Source of the DNA: Phoronis australis
Taxonomy: Eukaryota > Animalia > Phoronida
Reading direction: 5' to 3'
NCBI GenBank assembly: GCA_002633005.1
Contig: NMRA01000484.1
Location: forward strand, 266,738-330,737
Length of the DNA: 64,000 bases
The notes beneath the pieces are model-generated. The model was not told the DNA's origin. It saw only the letters and a program-made list of their open reading frames with translations, and searched no databases. Below are positions 51,350 through 64,000 of the stretch, one piece after another. The position numbers were made by a program, and so were the translations under genes. Position 1 is the first letter of the stretch. Each line of letters opens with the position of its first letter.

Positions 51350-52663
51350 TGCTCAACAAAAAACTGGTTTAGTAGTTCCTAAAAAGGATATTGTTTGCCA
51401 GCTATGTTAGTGATCTCATTGCACTCACTTAGTCTGTCACTGTCATGTCTCAATTTTTTTTCGAAACCTGAACTTTCGTTACTTTGTTTCTTTTCTGTTT
51501 TTAAAGAATCTAATTTATGCAGTTGGACTTTACACTGGGCATATTGATTACGCATATTTGTTTATTTCATTATCCTTTGTATTGTCTAGTTTTCTACCCA
51601 ACATTTTAGCTTTCACAGTATTTTGGCTTTTGTACAAGCTGCTCCAAAGCCTTCTGTTAGTCTCCTAGTTTTTATTGGGTAATATTGTATATCCTGTAGA
51701 ATGGCTCAATGAACTACCTATAGATGGCAGTACCTGTCATCTCAAACAGATTTACAGAGTTAAAAGTTTTCCACTTTTAAGAATTCACATCTGCCTGTCA
51801 TTCAAGCCTAATGTAAACCCTAGATTTTTCAAACATACATGTATCCATACGTGTAATCATTGCTTTCTGCATTCACTAACTTGCCACACCGGAGACGGCT
51901 ACAGTGGTCTTTACAAGTACGTTTTAATGTGTTGTGATTGCTCAAGTCAAATACAATTTCATATTGCATATGCATACTGTTGAAATATTTTTGAGTATAC
52001 TAACTTGTGTACTGTGAATTTTTAATTGTTTTTCATTTTTGTGCAACACAGAAATACTATGTGACAGGCTTTAAGTTTTGTTGGAGTTCATGGTTGAATT
52101 TATGTATTTACTTTGTTTAACTGGCTAAAAACAAAAATTGAATTGAGCATTCCTAAAAAAATCGGTCTCAAGTTTGCTTATCGTGACAAATCCTCAGCAT
52201 ATCAAAACATGTTTTGGAAAATCAATTTTATTTGTGTTAGCTAACCTTGATATTCGAAAATGACATACAAGAATTCTATTCAAACAACAATGTCTATTTG
52301 ATAAGTGCACCGCAGATTCACAGTTACTACTTTTTTCACAGGCACATTTGGTCATTGAAAGCAATTGCACTGTGTTTTAACTGCTCATTTAAAGGTTGCT
52401 AATATCCCACCCTCTGACAAAAAGTAACTACCCAGTATGATTTGAACCACTGACCATGCTTAAATTTTTTGTTCAACTGGTTCCTTAACCAATTACGAGA
52501 AATGATCTGTGGTCTTGAAAAGAATGGATAGTTTTTGAGTGGTCGGCACTTACCTGGATCCAGCTCGCTGTTAAAATAGCTAGAACGAGGCCGTGAAACA
52601 ACCCCGTGTCTGTGACCGGCATTTCGTCGACAGCAATTTCTCTGACGAATGCCGGCTTACCAA

Positions 52664-54033
52664 AAACTATCGGCACGTTCCGTTGCCTGTGCATGTTCAT
52701 GGCGCCTCTCTAGTATTTCTCGATCATTGTATTCCGGTTCGAACTGTTAGCCTGTGAAACCTAACGATCCAGCTGTGAAAATTTCGTCGGATGCCGCTCT
52801 CGGGATTGCGAGTTGCCGTTTATTTTTGTGCGTTCTGTTTCAAAATGAATTATTCTCACCCTAACCAATGCTTATATAAAACTGAAACAAAGTCTGTCTC
52901 ATTAGATACAATTTGTTACGGCTTTTGTAGTATTTGTGAGTGCAAAATAATGTTTTGAGAAGCCAGCAGCTGCTTTAAAACGGTAATTATTGACCGGGCA
53001 CCGAGGCCGTGTGAGCGCCTGCTAATTCAGTGTTTGCTGACAGATAGCTGTTGTGAAACAGTAACTCGATTGTGTATGCTATGTTCACATGTTAGGGAAT
53101 CTTTATTTAGACATATAAATGCGTTATTCATCAAGTCATTGTTACGGCTGCACAATGTTTCGGCCCCGACGGTTCTCTGTGGAAGGGGAACCAGAGACTT
53201 CGCGGCCCCCGACGAGTGGGTAGATTTGCAGTTTCGTGGCTAATTCACCAAAATAATTACGTGCACATTATTTGTTTGGCACACTTGTATAGCATGGGTG
53301 GCGCACCATATACCGGGGCAGGGGAGGCTATAGCCCCACTCTTTTCAAAGCTGGGCGGCCCAGTGGTCGGTGCACCACAGGGGGCGGGCTCTCATGGGGC
53401 TATAGCCCCCACTTTTTTCAGAGCTGCGCCGCCCATGTATTGTCTTTTCGTGACTGGAGGTTTAGTTTCCAACTTAAATTGGTTCATGTTCGTGATGCTC
53501 AGTCCCGGCGGCCGCGACCGGCCTGATAGGCGAGCCACTGGCTGGAATAAGAAGCGTTTTGTGTGTTTAGACCTGAAAAAATCGCAAGTCTAAAAGTACA
53601 ACACACGGCTATGTTCCCCTGTCTGTATTTCACGGAAGAATGATTCGAATTTATAACCAAACTCCCGCCATCGACCATGGCAAATTGGCCAACCGAAGTC
53701 CGAGTGTAGCCGGGCTAGGGTACGTTCAAATACCTATAAAACCGTAAAAGTGAAATAAAACAACACGTTTGTTCAATAACTCGATGTATTTGTATAGTAT
53801 TTACATCGCATTTTTATGATTTATCGCCGTAAAACGGTGAATTCAAGCGATAAGTTGACACCAGTGAGCGTGTTGTGAACGGCTAACAGACTGCGTTCGA
53901 ACCTATGACGTCATTGGTTAATTTCAACACTTCCGTCTGCCGTTGAGATGTCAGGTAAAACTTGCTGTTATCGAGTGGAACTACTCGATCTAAATTGATA
54001 CAAAATAGGTTGTTTTTGGGGTGACATTTTCCT
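52664..54033 (+). mobile_element. Kolobok-like transposon remnant (copy 2, right part with intact terminus)
   Basis: Homologous to 12535-13757; ends GGGGTGACATTTTCCT|TTAA. Confidence 0.7.
53293..53437. mobile_element. 145-bp GC-rich MITE nested in Kolobok-like copy 2
   Basis: TIRs CATGGGTGGCGCA / TGCGCCGCCCATG; flanks tatag / tattg; absent from copy 1 at ~13170. Confidence 0.8.
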
Positions 54034-55859
54034 TTAAGACTTGTTCTCAAACAAGTTAGTTGTTTAAATTGAATGCAAGTCTTTTTGATTAAAAGTACCG
54101 GTACGAATACATCAGGTTTTAGTGTTACTTCAAAATGCAGTAGTTGTCCATTTATTTTGCACAAAAATAATTGCCAAGGTTGTCTTTTCCACATTTCAAG
54201 GGCTGGCTACTTTGCAACAAATAATGGAAACTAAACAAAATGTTATTTTAATATACCTACAAAACTCAAACAAGGACTAAAATTTTATTTTTGTGAAGAA
54301 GTTTGACAAAATAAAATTTCATTTCTCTGCCATTCTGAGTGCAAAATAAGTAAAGGTATGGTGTACTATTTATTTTGTAAAATACATAATTAATTTGACC
54401 ACGAATTGACCTGTACACTTGTGGCAGCTGTTTGAAAAAATAAAAAGAACACTTGAACTCTGTGTAAATGTTCATTTTACCAATTTTAAATACATTTTAC
54501 ATGCAGCAACAAACAAGATGACAACTGAACAATGTCTAAATTCAAGTCTGAACAAATATAAAGCGTTTCACTAACATATGCAAATCAACACTGGCTGGTT
54601 CCGACACAATTACAGTCATGGAAATGCAAAACGTGAAAAGACTAGATCGTTTAATAATGGTTAAAACATTTTCTATTTCAAGACAATGCTGTTTTCAAGC
54701 ACTGTACAGTAGTGGTACATGTATTCAACGGGTAACTATAGATTCTTTAGTTGCCAGATCTGTCCACCATCGTGCAGTCAAGAGCTATTGTGCATCTCTG
54801 CTGCATGTTCCTCAGACTCTTATGAATCGGCCAAATTCTTGTAAATACTACCCTTGAAAAACCATATTGTGCCCGCCCCAAATGAATACATCTTAGTCAA
54901 GTCACTGGATCATTTCTCAACCATGACTTTGCCTATGTCCATGAGCTAAAACGTGTAACTCACCCAAAATGTGAGAAAATGCTGGACCCAGTTACATCAA
55001 TTTACATTGCCCTCAGGCCATCAAAAAATGGCGTTAATTTGGTCGCCACACAAAAGAAAACTTCAACAAAAAAGCAATTTTTTATGTTTTAGTGTTTCCC
55101 ACAATTTAAACCGTCAGCATTGCACACACTGACCCACCGAGGAGAGTAAACATATACTGAACAATATATACATCCAGTGGTAACATCATCAAAAGGTGTT
55201 CGAGACATCCCACATCCAATTTAGAGAAACAAGTTTGGCGTTTTCTTCAATATGCCACACCATCCCCCATGAGGATGTCATCCTTATGCAGGATTTTCCG
55301 GAACTGACTAAAGTGCGCCTTAATAATTTTTGGGTAAAAAGAGAGCCCAGTTAATTTTTGAACCCATACACATAGGGAATGGAAGTAGCTACTTGTTCAC
55401 AGCCCAGAGCAACGATGGGATTGATGGAAAGAGCTTAAAAGACAAAACAACTGAACACTTTGAGGACGTTAAAACTGACTACACAAAATAAGCTATTGTG
55501 TAGCGAAGCATTTGAGATTAAGATCTTTCAAGTTTCATTTTTTAAGTACTGTTGAAAAAGTTCACAGTAGGAAATGGTGCATTACTGACACTGACTTCTG
55601 CAAACATTAAACAACAAATATGAACATACTTTCTAAAAATACAATATTTAAGATAACAAACGTAAAATAACGTTCCAAGCTGAAAGTTGCACAAATAAAT
55701 AACATGAATAATATCTAAGGTTAACGTGAGAACATCAGCGTATTACAAAATATATTACACGGTAAACATATGCACTCACTGTACTGCCAATAAATGCATA
55801 CAAATGTCAATTTGGCAATACACAAGTTTGTAAACATACAGCAACAAAGCACATGACCA

Positions 55860-56129
55860 GGGGTCTGTTTCAAGTCAAGTGAACTAAGACATAAGTCAGA
55901 AATATGGTCTTACAAACCACTAATTCTAAAAAACAATTAAATCTCATATTAGCAAAAGTCTGAGAATATACCTATGGCTGCTAGGTTCTGAACTATTTAT
56001 AGAATTATTATTTCTGTTCGATGACGTGTTAGTAATTACATGGCTCAACTTATATTAAGTAATTGTTAAGTGGAAGCATAACACCAAATTTCTGACCAAT
56101 GCCATGTTCTGTTTTCTGAAACAGATCCC
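55860..56129. mobile_element. PIF/Harbinger-like MITE in the presumed ROR 3'UTR
   Basis: GGGGTCTGTTTCA ... TGAAACAGATCCC inverted ends; no clear TSD. Confidence 0.45.
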
Positions 56130-56447
56130 ACAACTAGGTCCATATTTACACAATTGTTTTAAACAATTTACAAATGAAACATTCAACTAACGAGATTTCC
56201 GGTCTTAATGCACATTTCAAACAATGGCAAATTTGAAACTCCAAAGGCTCTAAATGTCATCTAGAAAATGTTGTAATACGATATCACATGACTAGAAAAC
56301 ACACCATTCATTTTTTCTGACATTTTCTAACAAAAATAGTGTGGGCATATCTAAATGCACACGACTTTGCAAAAATATAGTTCCCATTCACACATCTAGT
56401 AATCCCAACCTAGGTTTAGCTGTGAGTTGACATAATGCACAGTTCCT

Positions 56448-57826
56448 TCATGGTAAGCTGGGACGCGGCTGTTTTGTGGGATTGTTGAGCAGTTTGAAGT
56501 TCGCTCCTGACGAGCCTGAGGAACTATGGTGTGGACTAGGTGCCATCTGTCTGACGGAGCCGGGTGGGGGAGATTGCTGCCGACCGTAGGGCAGGCGGTT
56601 CTGTTGTTGTGGTACCTGCACCATTAGTGCTGGCGGACTGTACAGTTTGTGGACTGGTGTCGGGTTCGAGCTGTTGCTGCTGATCACTGTGGAGTTGGTC
56701 TGTGGTGTTAGCGGCCCCAGACCATTATTATGCTGCACGTGCTGCATGTTTTCAGACTGCCACTGCAGCAGTCGCCGGTGACAGTCTTTAAACGAGGGTC
56801 GCTCGCTGGGCAGCTCATTCCAGCAATCGACCATCAGCTGATACATCCTTTGTGGATAGTCTTTGGGGCAGGGAAGGATGTGCCGCATCCTAATCATTTC
56901 AATCACCTGCTGGTTGGTGTATCCATAGTATGGCTGTTGACCGTAGCTGAAGACTTCCCACAATGTGACTCCGTATGACCATACGTCTGACTCGGAGCTG
57001 AACTTGCCGTAGAGTATTGCCTCGGGTGGCATCCAACGCACAGGCAGCAGCGCCTTGCTTTGGGCGCGGTAGTAGTCGCACGAGTAGACGTCCCGTGTAA
57101 CTCCCAAGTCAGAGATTTTAATGACAAGACCATCGCCAACCAGGATATTTCTGGCGGCCAGGTCCTTGTGGACATACTGATGACTAGAAAGATACTCCAT
57201 CCCGCTGGCAATCTGCATGGTCACATGCAGTATGTCTACATGAGTCAGCGGGCGACGCATGACGTCCTCGTCTGGGCTGATGTCAGCGTGTGGGGAATGT
57301 AAGACCAGGAACTCATGCAAGTCTCCGAGCGCCATGTATTCGAATAACATACACATGGGTTCATCCTTCATACTCACTCCGATCAGGTTGACAACATTGG
57401 GGTGTTTCAGATCACTCATCACGTCCACTTCCTGACGGAAATCGCTGACTGTTTTCGGCCCGGCATTCTCTTTGAGCGTTTTAATGGCCACCGGTGTGAC
57501 TGAGTCGAGAGAGTGCAGTCCGAGCAGTTCTCCTCTATACACCTTCCCAAACGTTCCCTCTCCCAGCTCTTGGTTTATGCGCACCGATGACATTGGGAAC
57601 TCACGTGCCCTTATTGCACCCTTCTTGACAGCGTTCAACTCCACACGGTGTCCAGCACTCGCCCGGTTGGCGGCACTATAACCGCTTCTACGCCGACAAA
57701 TGCATATGACTGCCAATAGTAGAGCTATGGCGAGTGGTACAGCAATGCTAGGCACCAGGATGAGTATAAGTTCATTGCCACCTTCCTCCGACTTTCCTTT
57801 GTTGGTTTTAGACGTGGAACCAGATC
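56448..57826 (-). CDS. ROR: ROR last exon: TM helix, tyrosine kinase domain, Ser/Pro-rich tail
   Basis: ILVPSIAVPLAIALL; ELGEGTFGKVY; VAIKTLKE; HKDLAARNILV; KISDLGVTRDVYSCDYY; LPVRWMPPEAILYGKF. The first ~30 aa of the ORF track are intronic. Confidence 0.95.
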
Positions 57827-60800
57827 CTAAAATAACGAAATGAAAGATGTGTACGTCAAAAGCACTGCTCAAAATAACGTTTGTTTCAACCACTCTTCCT
57901 TTATGGTGGGTCCTCATGACAAATAACGGAGCACTGGGGGCGAACTGAAATTGCCATTGACCCCAGGGGGTACTCCCACAGAAGAGGTTTACAAGATATG
58001 ATATTCAGAAGAGTGACTTTTATGACTTTTTCTTCCATGAAAGAGTGCTTTTTCCCTAGAAAAGGATCAAGTAAAGGAAATCAGCAATAATGCCCCAGGT
58101 TGGTGCTACACATTGCCCAATTACCGTGAAGCAGTTTTCCCATCCGTTACTCAAACTGCCATGAAGAAATATTGCATTTGATGATAAACTCCAGCCTTAC
58201 CACATCTCTCCACTTTGCACTCTTTCTTGACCATCGGGTCACTGACTGTGTAACACCAGGGGGCGCTGGCTTCACCACCAGGGTTGCGGCAGTAATTATG
58301 TCCGCCAGCTGAAACAATAGAACACACAGTGAAACAGAGATTTCCTTTAAATTTCAAGAATTTTGTTACTTTGTCCATAAAATATACAAGTGATTTTTCA
58401 ACTTCGCATTTAACGAATATCTGATGCCACAAAGAGCAGTTCCTATTGCACTGGTGAAAATTCTCCAGTTTGGGACAGTGAACAAGAGCAACTCGGAGCG
58501 GTGAAATGCACCCACGAAAGCACTGCAAACAGTGTGCGTCTAGGGTGTTTATTTGTATCATAAAAATGGCCACTAGATAGTCCAAAATATTTCGAATCCA
58601 TCAAAAAACTGGAAAATGTCACCGTTTTTTAACAGAAAGCTATATACCACATTTTATGAAATCCATCAAGAAACTTTCGCAAAACGGAAAAAATGAACTT
58701 GCCACTAGGGGACAAAGGTTCATTGGATCCATCTGAAAGTTGTCGTCTTCCGTTGTCAATGTCACATAAATACCCTTGTTTAAGTTAATAAACATTCTGA
58801 AGAGGGCTTAGGAGATACAGCTAAGGGCTAAAAAACTGCCACTAGGAGGCGCCACAGTAATTGAAGCCTGAGAATCATCGTCAACCGTCCTCTTAACACA
58901 AGCCAATTTATTTTCACACTCATCCTCAGAGTGGTTTGGTTGACAGAGGGCAGGGAGCAAAAACAGACTAGAAAACAGTAAAAATGGCTACTAGATGGCG
59001 CAAAATATGTCGAATCCATCTGAAAACCAGAAAATGTCACCGCTTCTTTAAAAGAAAGCTATTTAACAAATTTCATGAAAATTCGTCTGGGAACTTCAGA
59101 GTAACGAGGAAAACAGAAAAAATGAAATTGCCAATAGGGGGTAGTGTTAGTCTAAACCATCTGAAAGTCATCGTCTTCCGTAGTTAACTTCATATAAACA
59201 CATTTGCTACATTTAATAAAGATACTGTAGAGCATTTAGGAAATACAGCCATGGGCGCAAAAACAAATTTGCCACTAAGAGGTGCCACAGTAGTCGAAAC
59301 TGTCGGAAAATCATCGTCAACCATCCTCTTCATAGTAAGAATCATCCTTAGAGTGGTTCGGTTGATGGAGGAACGGACGCCAAAAAACTCGAAAACAGTA
59401 AAAATGGCCACTAGATGGCGCAAAATGCCTCGAATCCATCCGAAAATGGGAAGATAGCGTCACTTATTAATAGATGCCTATGTGCTAAATTTCATGAAAA
59501 TTAGTTGAGGGCCTTTGAAGATACAGAGGCAAATGTAAAATTGCCACTAGGGGGCACAGCGGTATTCAGGTAGGTCCGAAACTCGTCGCCTATTGTCACC
59601 AACCCCATAGGAACGCACCTGCCAAATTTCAATAGGATCCTGCAAGGGGTATAGGAGATACAGCCGCGGATGCCGGACGCCCAGACAGAGATGACGGCAA
59701 TATGCACCCACATATAAATATGTGGGCACATAAAAATTAATTATTGTGCTAATGTTCGATAACATGCCCATCCCTATAGTCCATGTTTTTGGTTCCTTAA
59801 TGGCCCCATAACTGTGTAGATGCTCACTTCAGCTCCTCAACCTCCACACTTTGCTTAACCTTAACTGACAAGAGCAAATTATCTACATTCAAACTGCAAG
59901 ACTTGGATTGAATTCTTACATGTCAAGTGGCTTACGTAAACTCAACTTCTTGGTTGATAAACACAAATTGTCAGTTCGCATAAACAGAATACTGACTTTT
60001 AAAAACACTTTGCTTTTAAACATTTTAAAAACCAATTCAAACATCCTTTAGGAGAACACAGCAATCTGATCTGCCATATAATGTTCCAAAGTTGTACATT
60101 GATCTATAAGTCTCGCATACAACCGTAACCTTCAATAAAACTTAGTGCATCCTCCTGGTACACAAGTTACCTTACCTAACTCTGGATATTTTTCTGCTGA
60201 ATAGGGCATCGTAGGTACCCACTTTCGGCACTTGGTCCCGGACTTAGTTCTGCTGACAGATCCTCTGTAGGCCTTCCCTTTATTTCTGTAGCACGTGTGA
60301 CCTAAAGTGAGAGTGACAAAGTTTCAGTTTATGGCTGTTGCGTTAACAGGGACCAGAGTTCGATTTCTCGGGGTATTGGCCTTGGGTTTCACCAATAATA
60401 ACAAAACTCGATCTCACAACAGTGTATCCAACTAGTACGACATGGTCAAGTATCATTAAGCAGTCAATGATAAAAGATCAACTCCAACATATTGTCAAAT
60501 AAAAAGCACTTTGCTTTAATTACACATTTAGCCTACAGCCAAGAGAACACCATTACTGTTTGCACCTATTAAATGTCCTTTTGTGGCCTTTAATTCCCGC
60601 AGAGTACGGCCACAGGGACGGGTTATAATTTTAGATGACGATGCCTCTAGGACATTCAATTTACATTGAACCCTACTCATCTATAGTCTATTATCCACCC
60701 TAACAATCATCATGAAATTGTGATAAGTTTAATCCTGTCGCAAAGTTGTCAGACTAGATATACATTTTGGTGTATTTTCTGAGTAACATTTGTTTGACAA

Positions 60801-63789
60801 AAGTTACATCTGTTTTGAGGCATATGCCCAAAAACAGCCAGTGGAATGCTGCACACTTGGGACAAAGTCCCAATAAGATGTTGCACTTTCGAGATTACAT
60901 TTTTGCCAACATATCCACATTTTGAATCGGTCATCATGATGAAAATTAGGATAAAAGTCTTAGAAGTTTTTCCATGAAGCCTTTCTTTGTTTTGTGGTAA
61001 AGTTGGCTTGCCTGAGAGCTGAGCTCACAGCAAATCTAGTAATTCCGTCATAACTGGGTCACAGAGGGGTGGAGTTGGGTGTTTGGAGGGATATTGGCCA
61101 CCTCAATTCCTTAGATGAGGTTTAATTATAACGATGACTATGCTACCTAAGTAGAGTGCGTTGTCTTACTGGTATTAAGTTGTATATTAGAAGAAGATGA
61201 GGCTGGCGTGGTTAGTATCGAGCCCAATATACTGGTACAATGTCCACCGTCAGCTCTGGGAAGGTCTTCACAGTTTGGCAAAGAGAGGGTGCTTCCTGTA
61301 AGAAACAAATCAACTAATCAGGAACTTCTTGAACATTATGGACAATTTTACACTCACAGTAACACCATTTTTGAAACCATTAGTCCGAGACCACTTTAAA
61401 AGTAATCGTAGCATCCACCTACGTTTAAATTGTTTAAACTCTACAAAATGTAAGGTAAGAATTCTGCAACAAAAATGCTAACTACACCCGTCCAGAAAAA
61501 TGAATGAATTGAGTATGTGGGGTTGCAACAGTTGCAGTTATGCTGATAATGCAGAAATCGCATGTGATTTGGAATAGAATAGGTTTCAAGCTGAACGAAA
61601 CAGCTAGAGTTCCATGTCATAAGACGTACTGAGAACAGCATGAGTTCGTGCTAGTGCATACTCCCGCCTGCAGATGTCAGTCTTGATGAGTTGACAGTCT
61701 TCGTAACATAACCTCTTGGGCAGCGCCAAACCACCTCGAGTCTCTTCGCACAGCGGAAAAGCGCTTATACACATGGAGGGTATAGCATACTCTTTGCACC
61801 GGTCTGACATATGTGATGAGGTAGCGATGACCGGGAAGGCAGCTGAGAATAAAGAACAATATCAATTATACCATCTTTTTCTAATAAACATGACCAGAGG
61901 GTGCGTTTCTGTAAACATGTACGACAATTCGACACATAGTTAGCGCGTAATAAGTTGTCAAAATTTTCCAGCAAACAGGACTGAGATCAGCAAGAATCTC
62001 GCGAGTGATGCTGGTCTGATTACATGTTGCGTTTGCAATTCACAGCAATTCCTGTAGGCCTTGCGTGACCCGACACACTTTTGCGAGTGTATTGCGCCTA
62101 CAGAACAAAGCAGTCGACCATTACAGGCTGTTTGTTACACCACATGACTTCCTCTCTGACACAAAAGGACAATGCTACTTAGCCCTAGTCAGCAACAGAA
62201 CGGCTGTTTTAATTTGGCACTGATCCAAAAATGGCACTTAAGGCCTTCCTTCAATGGAGCTTACATATTTTACTTATTTGGACTATAATAATACTAGCAA
62301 AGCTTTGGCAACAAAAACCCTAATCACCCAAACACTGACATGTCAATATATAGTGAAGGAGCCATTCTAAATCCTCAGTTCATAAAATATCACGTTTTTT
62401 CACGTAACTTCCGAGTTCTTTTATAAAAACCCTATTTAAAAAGAGCCGCTATCGGTGTTTGGAGAACCGTGAATAAAACGCAGTATGTGAAGGTTTTATA
62501 ATGGACATTTCTGAGATATGATGACGTTCTGAAGTTGGCCACATCTGAACACTTTCCTATGGCCTTACATAACCGTAAGAGAGGTCGATGCACACACAAA
62601 GATCAAGGTACTTACTGGCTAACTTGGACTCCAGTTTCGACTGCTGCGTTCTCGATGTGACGTAGATGCTCTTGTTGTTGAGTTCAGCGCACGTGACGCC
62701 CTTGTAGGTTTGACAAAAGCCAGAAGGGGTCTCCTCTCTACAAGACAAAGATACATTTTTTATTAACATCTATGCGAATGCTACGGAGATTTACTTAAGC
62801 ACAGGTTGATAAGCTAAAAGAAAAACACCCCGTTCGATCATTGTGTACTATGAAATCATTCCCTAAAATAAAATTGGTCATCCTTGTCAACGATCCAACA
62901 TACTGTAAAAAGGCACGAGTTGACTGTAAAAATACAGACATCAGCAAAATTGGCAAAACATTGCTGATCATGAATCGGTACAAACAAGGTAAAAATTTGC
63001 TCAAATTTACAAGAATGCAATTACAACCAACCACACTCAAGCCAAGAGTATGTAACAGAGACACAAGACACTTGCGGAACACTTGCAGGAAAAATCTTTG
63101 TTTAAGTAACAGAAACTGAGTTCTCTCCTATAATTCAACATTTAAACTTCACCGACCAATCATTTCAGTGGAGGCCACTTTGCTAGCCTACTGTAGCGTG
63201 AAGTATTATGGTGCACTCTTTGTTCGCTCGTGTGATTTTGCACATCTTGCATAATCTCATTTTTCTCAAAAGAAACTCTTTACGCTACACACACTAGCCT
63301 TACTGACAGCCTTCTTTCTCAAAGCCATTGACAATTACAATTTACCGATGAATATTAGAATGAATACTGTCTCATATATGACTCTTCAAAAACGACTTTG
63401 TGGACAAGTGACTCATAATAGCAATCACTGAAAACAAGATTTAATCTACAACACTTTACAATTGAAATAGAACATCAAAAATGGGATTATTATATAGAAA
63501 AGCGCAACAATATGAATGGCAGTACACAAAATGTGAGTCATTGTGTCTGACAAAGTGTTCACAGTGACGACTACATCTGTATAATAATCCATGTCTATGT
63601 TCTGTTTAAATTGTGGGGTGTCACAGACTATGTCATAGTATTTGCAAATATGTTAAATAATAATAATGATGATGATGATAATAAAGTCCACTAACTCAGC
63701 ATCATATGGTGGCCTCTCTCTCTCCTTGCTGCCATCTTTGATCTCAATGTCTGTGTCCGTGGACGTGCTTCCTGTGCGACGACGGGGTA
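56448..63789 (-). CDS. ROR: ROR-family receptor tyrosine kinase (Wnt5 receptor), 5' part outside the window
   Basis: Exons 63789-63696 (tentative linker), 62737-62616, 61842-61630, 61295-61170 (Frizzled-type CRD), 60301-60176, 58308-58201 (Kringle) and 57826-56448 (TM, kinase, S/P-rich tail); phases compatible. Confidence 0.93.
58201..58308 (-). CDS. ROR: ROR Kringle exon 2
   Basis: GGHNYCRNPGGEASAPWCYTVSDPMVKKECKVERC. Confidence 0.92.
58481..59736. mobile_element. Helentron-associated (HINE/DINE-1-like) element with ~140-bp core repeats in a ROR intron
   Basis: Begins aacaagagc...tgcacccac and ends with a gga(c)-type microsatellite remnant then tgcacccacata-taaa-tatgtgggcacataaaaa hairpin. 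Internal ~140-bp units form a ~419-bp higher-order period. Confidence 0.7.
60176..60301 (-). CDS. ROR: ROR Kringle exon 1
   Basis: HTCYRNKGKAYRGSVSRTKSGTKCRKW...KYPEL. Confidence 0.92.
   Translation of the reverse strand, partial: VTRATEIKGRPTEDLSAELSPGPSAESGYLRCPIQQKNIQS
61170..61295 (-). CDS. ROR: ROR CRD C-terminal exon
   Basis: LSLPNCEDLPRADGGHCTSI. Confidence 0.85.
61630..61842 (-). CDS. ROR: ROR CRD exon
   Basis: AFPVIATSSHMSDRCKEYAIPSMCISAFPLCE...LCYEDCQLIKTDICRREY. Confidence 0.92.
62616..62737 (-). CDS. ROR: ROR CRD N-terminal exon
   Basis: GFCQTYKGVTCAELNNKSIYV. Confidence 0.9.
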
Positions 63790-64000
63790 CTGCGTCAACG
63801 AAAAAATATGACAATGCTAAGTTCTCAATCGCCTATTATTTATAACAGCAATGTTTCGAGTTTGACTCTAATTAGTGTTCTCGCCATGCTTTTACCACTG
63901 ATTCAGCCAATGTGGTTTGCAAAACTATTGGTGAACAAGAAAAATATTAAAAAATCTATAAAGTACTTATTCATGCTTTTAGTTCAGGAAATTGACAAGC

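Noticed and set aside
57827-57917. N-terminal 30 aa of the 489-aa ORF as a protein start
   Set aside because: Lies upstream of the TTTTAG acceptor and is intronic; the kinase exon splices to the Kringle exon.

Overview
AT-rich, intron-containing animal genomic DNA, probably a marine invertebrate (lophotrochozoan-like; species not determinable from sequence). Genes read by hand: an intronless MFSD4/NaGLT1-like MFS transporter (+); two tandem single-exon proteins of 794 and 1156 aa (-) sharing an unrecognised ~30-aa repeat (YD..GVCxRYPKSLTHVDxSLxASGSFS); a complete 13-coding-exon Wntless gene (-, ~553 aa); a head-to-head SYCE2-like synaptonemal complex gene (+, ~143 aa); and the 3' part of a ROR receptor tyrosine kinase (-, CRD-Kringle-TM-kinase). 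A 2-kb duplication of two Wntless exons is joined at an N and is most likely an assembly artefact. Introns and intergenic DNA carry many transposon remnants: Kolobok-like with THAP, hAT, RTE, Helentron/HINE-like with CTCF-like motif arrays, Penelope-like with a hammerhead core, and MITEs/foldbacks. Two minisatellites are built from Wntless splice junctions. Exon coordinates come from manual GT-AG and frame reading, not from transcripts.
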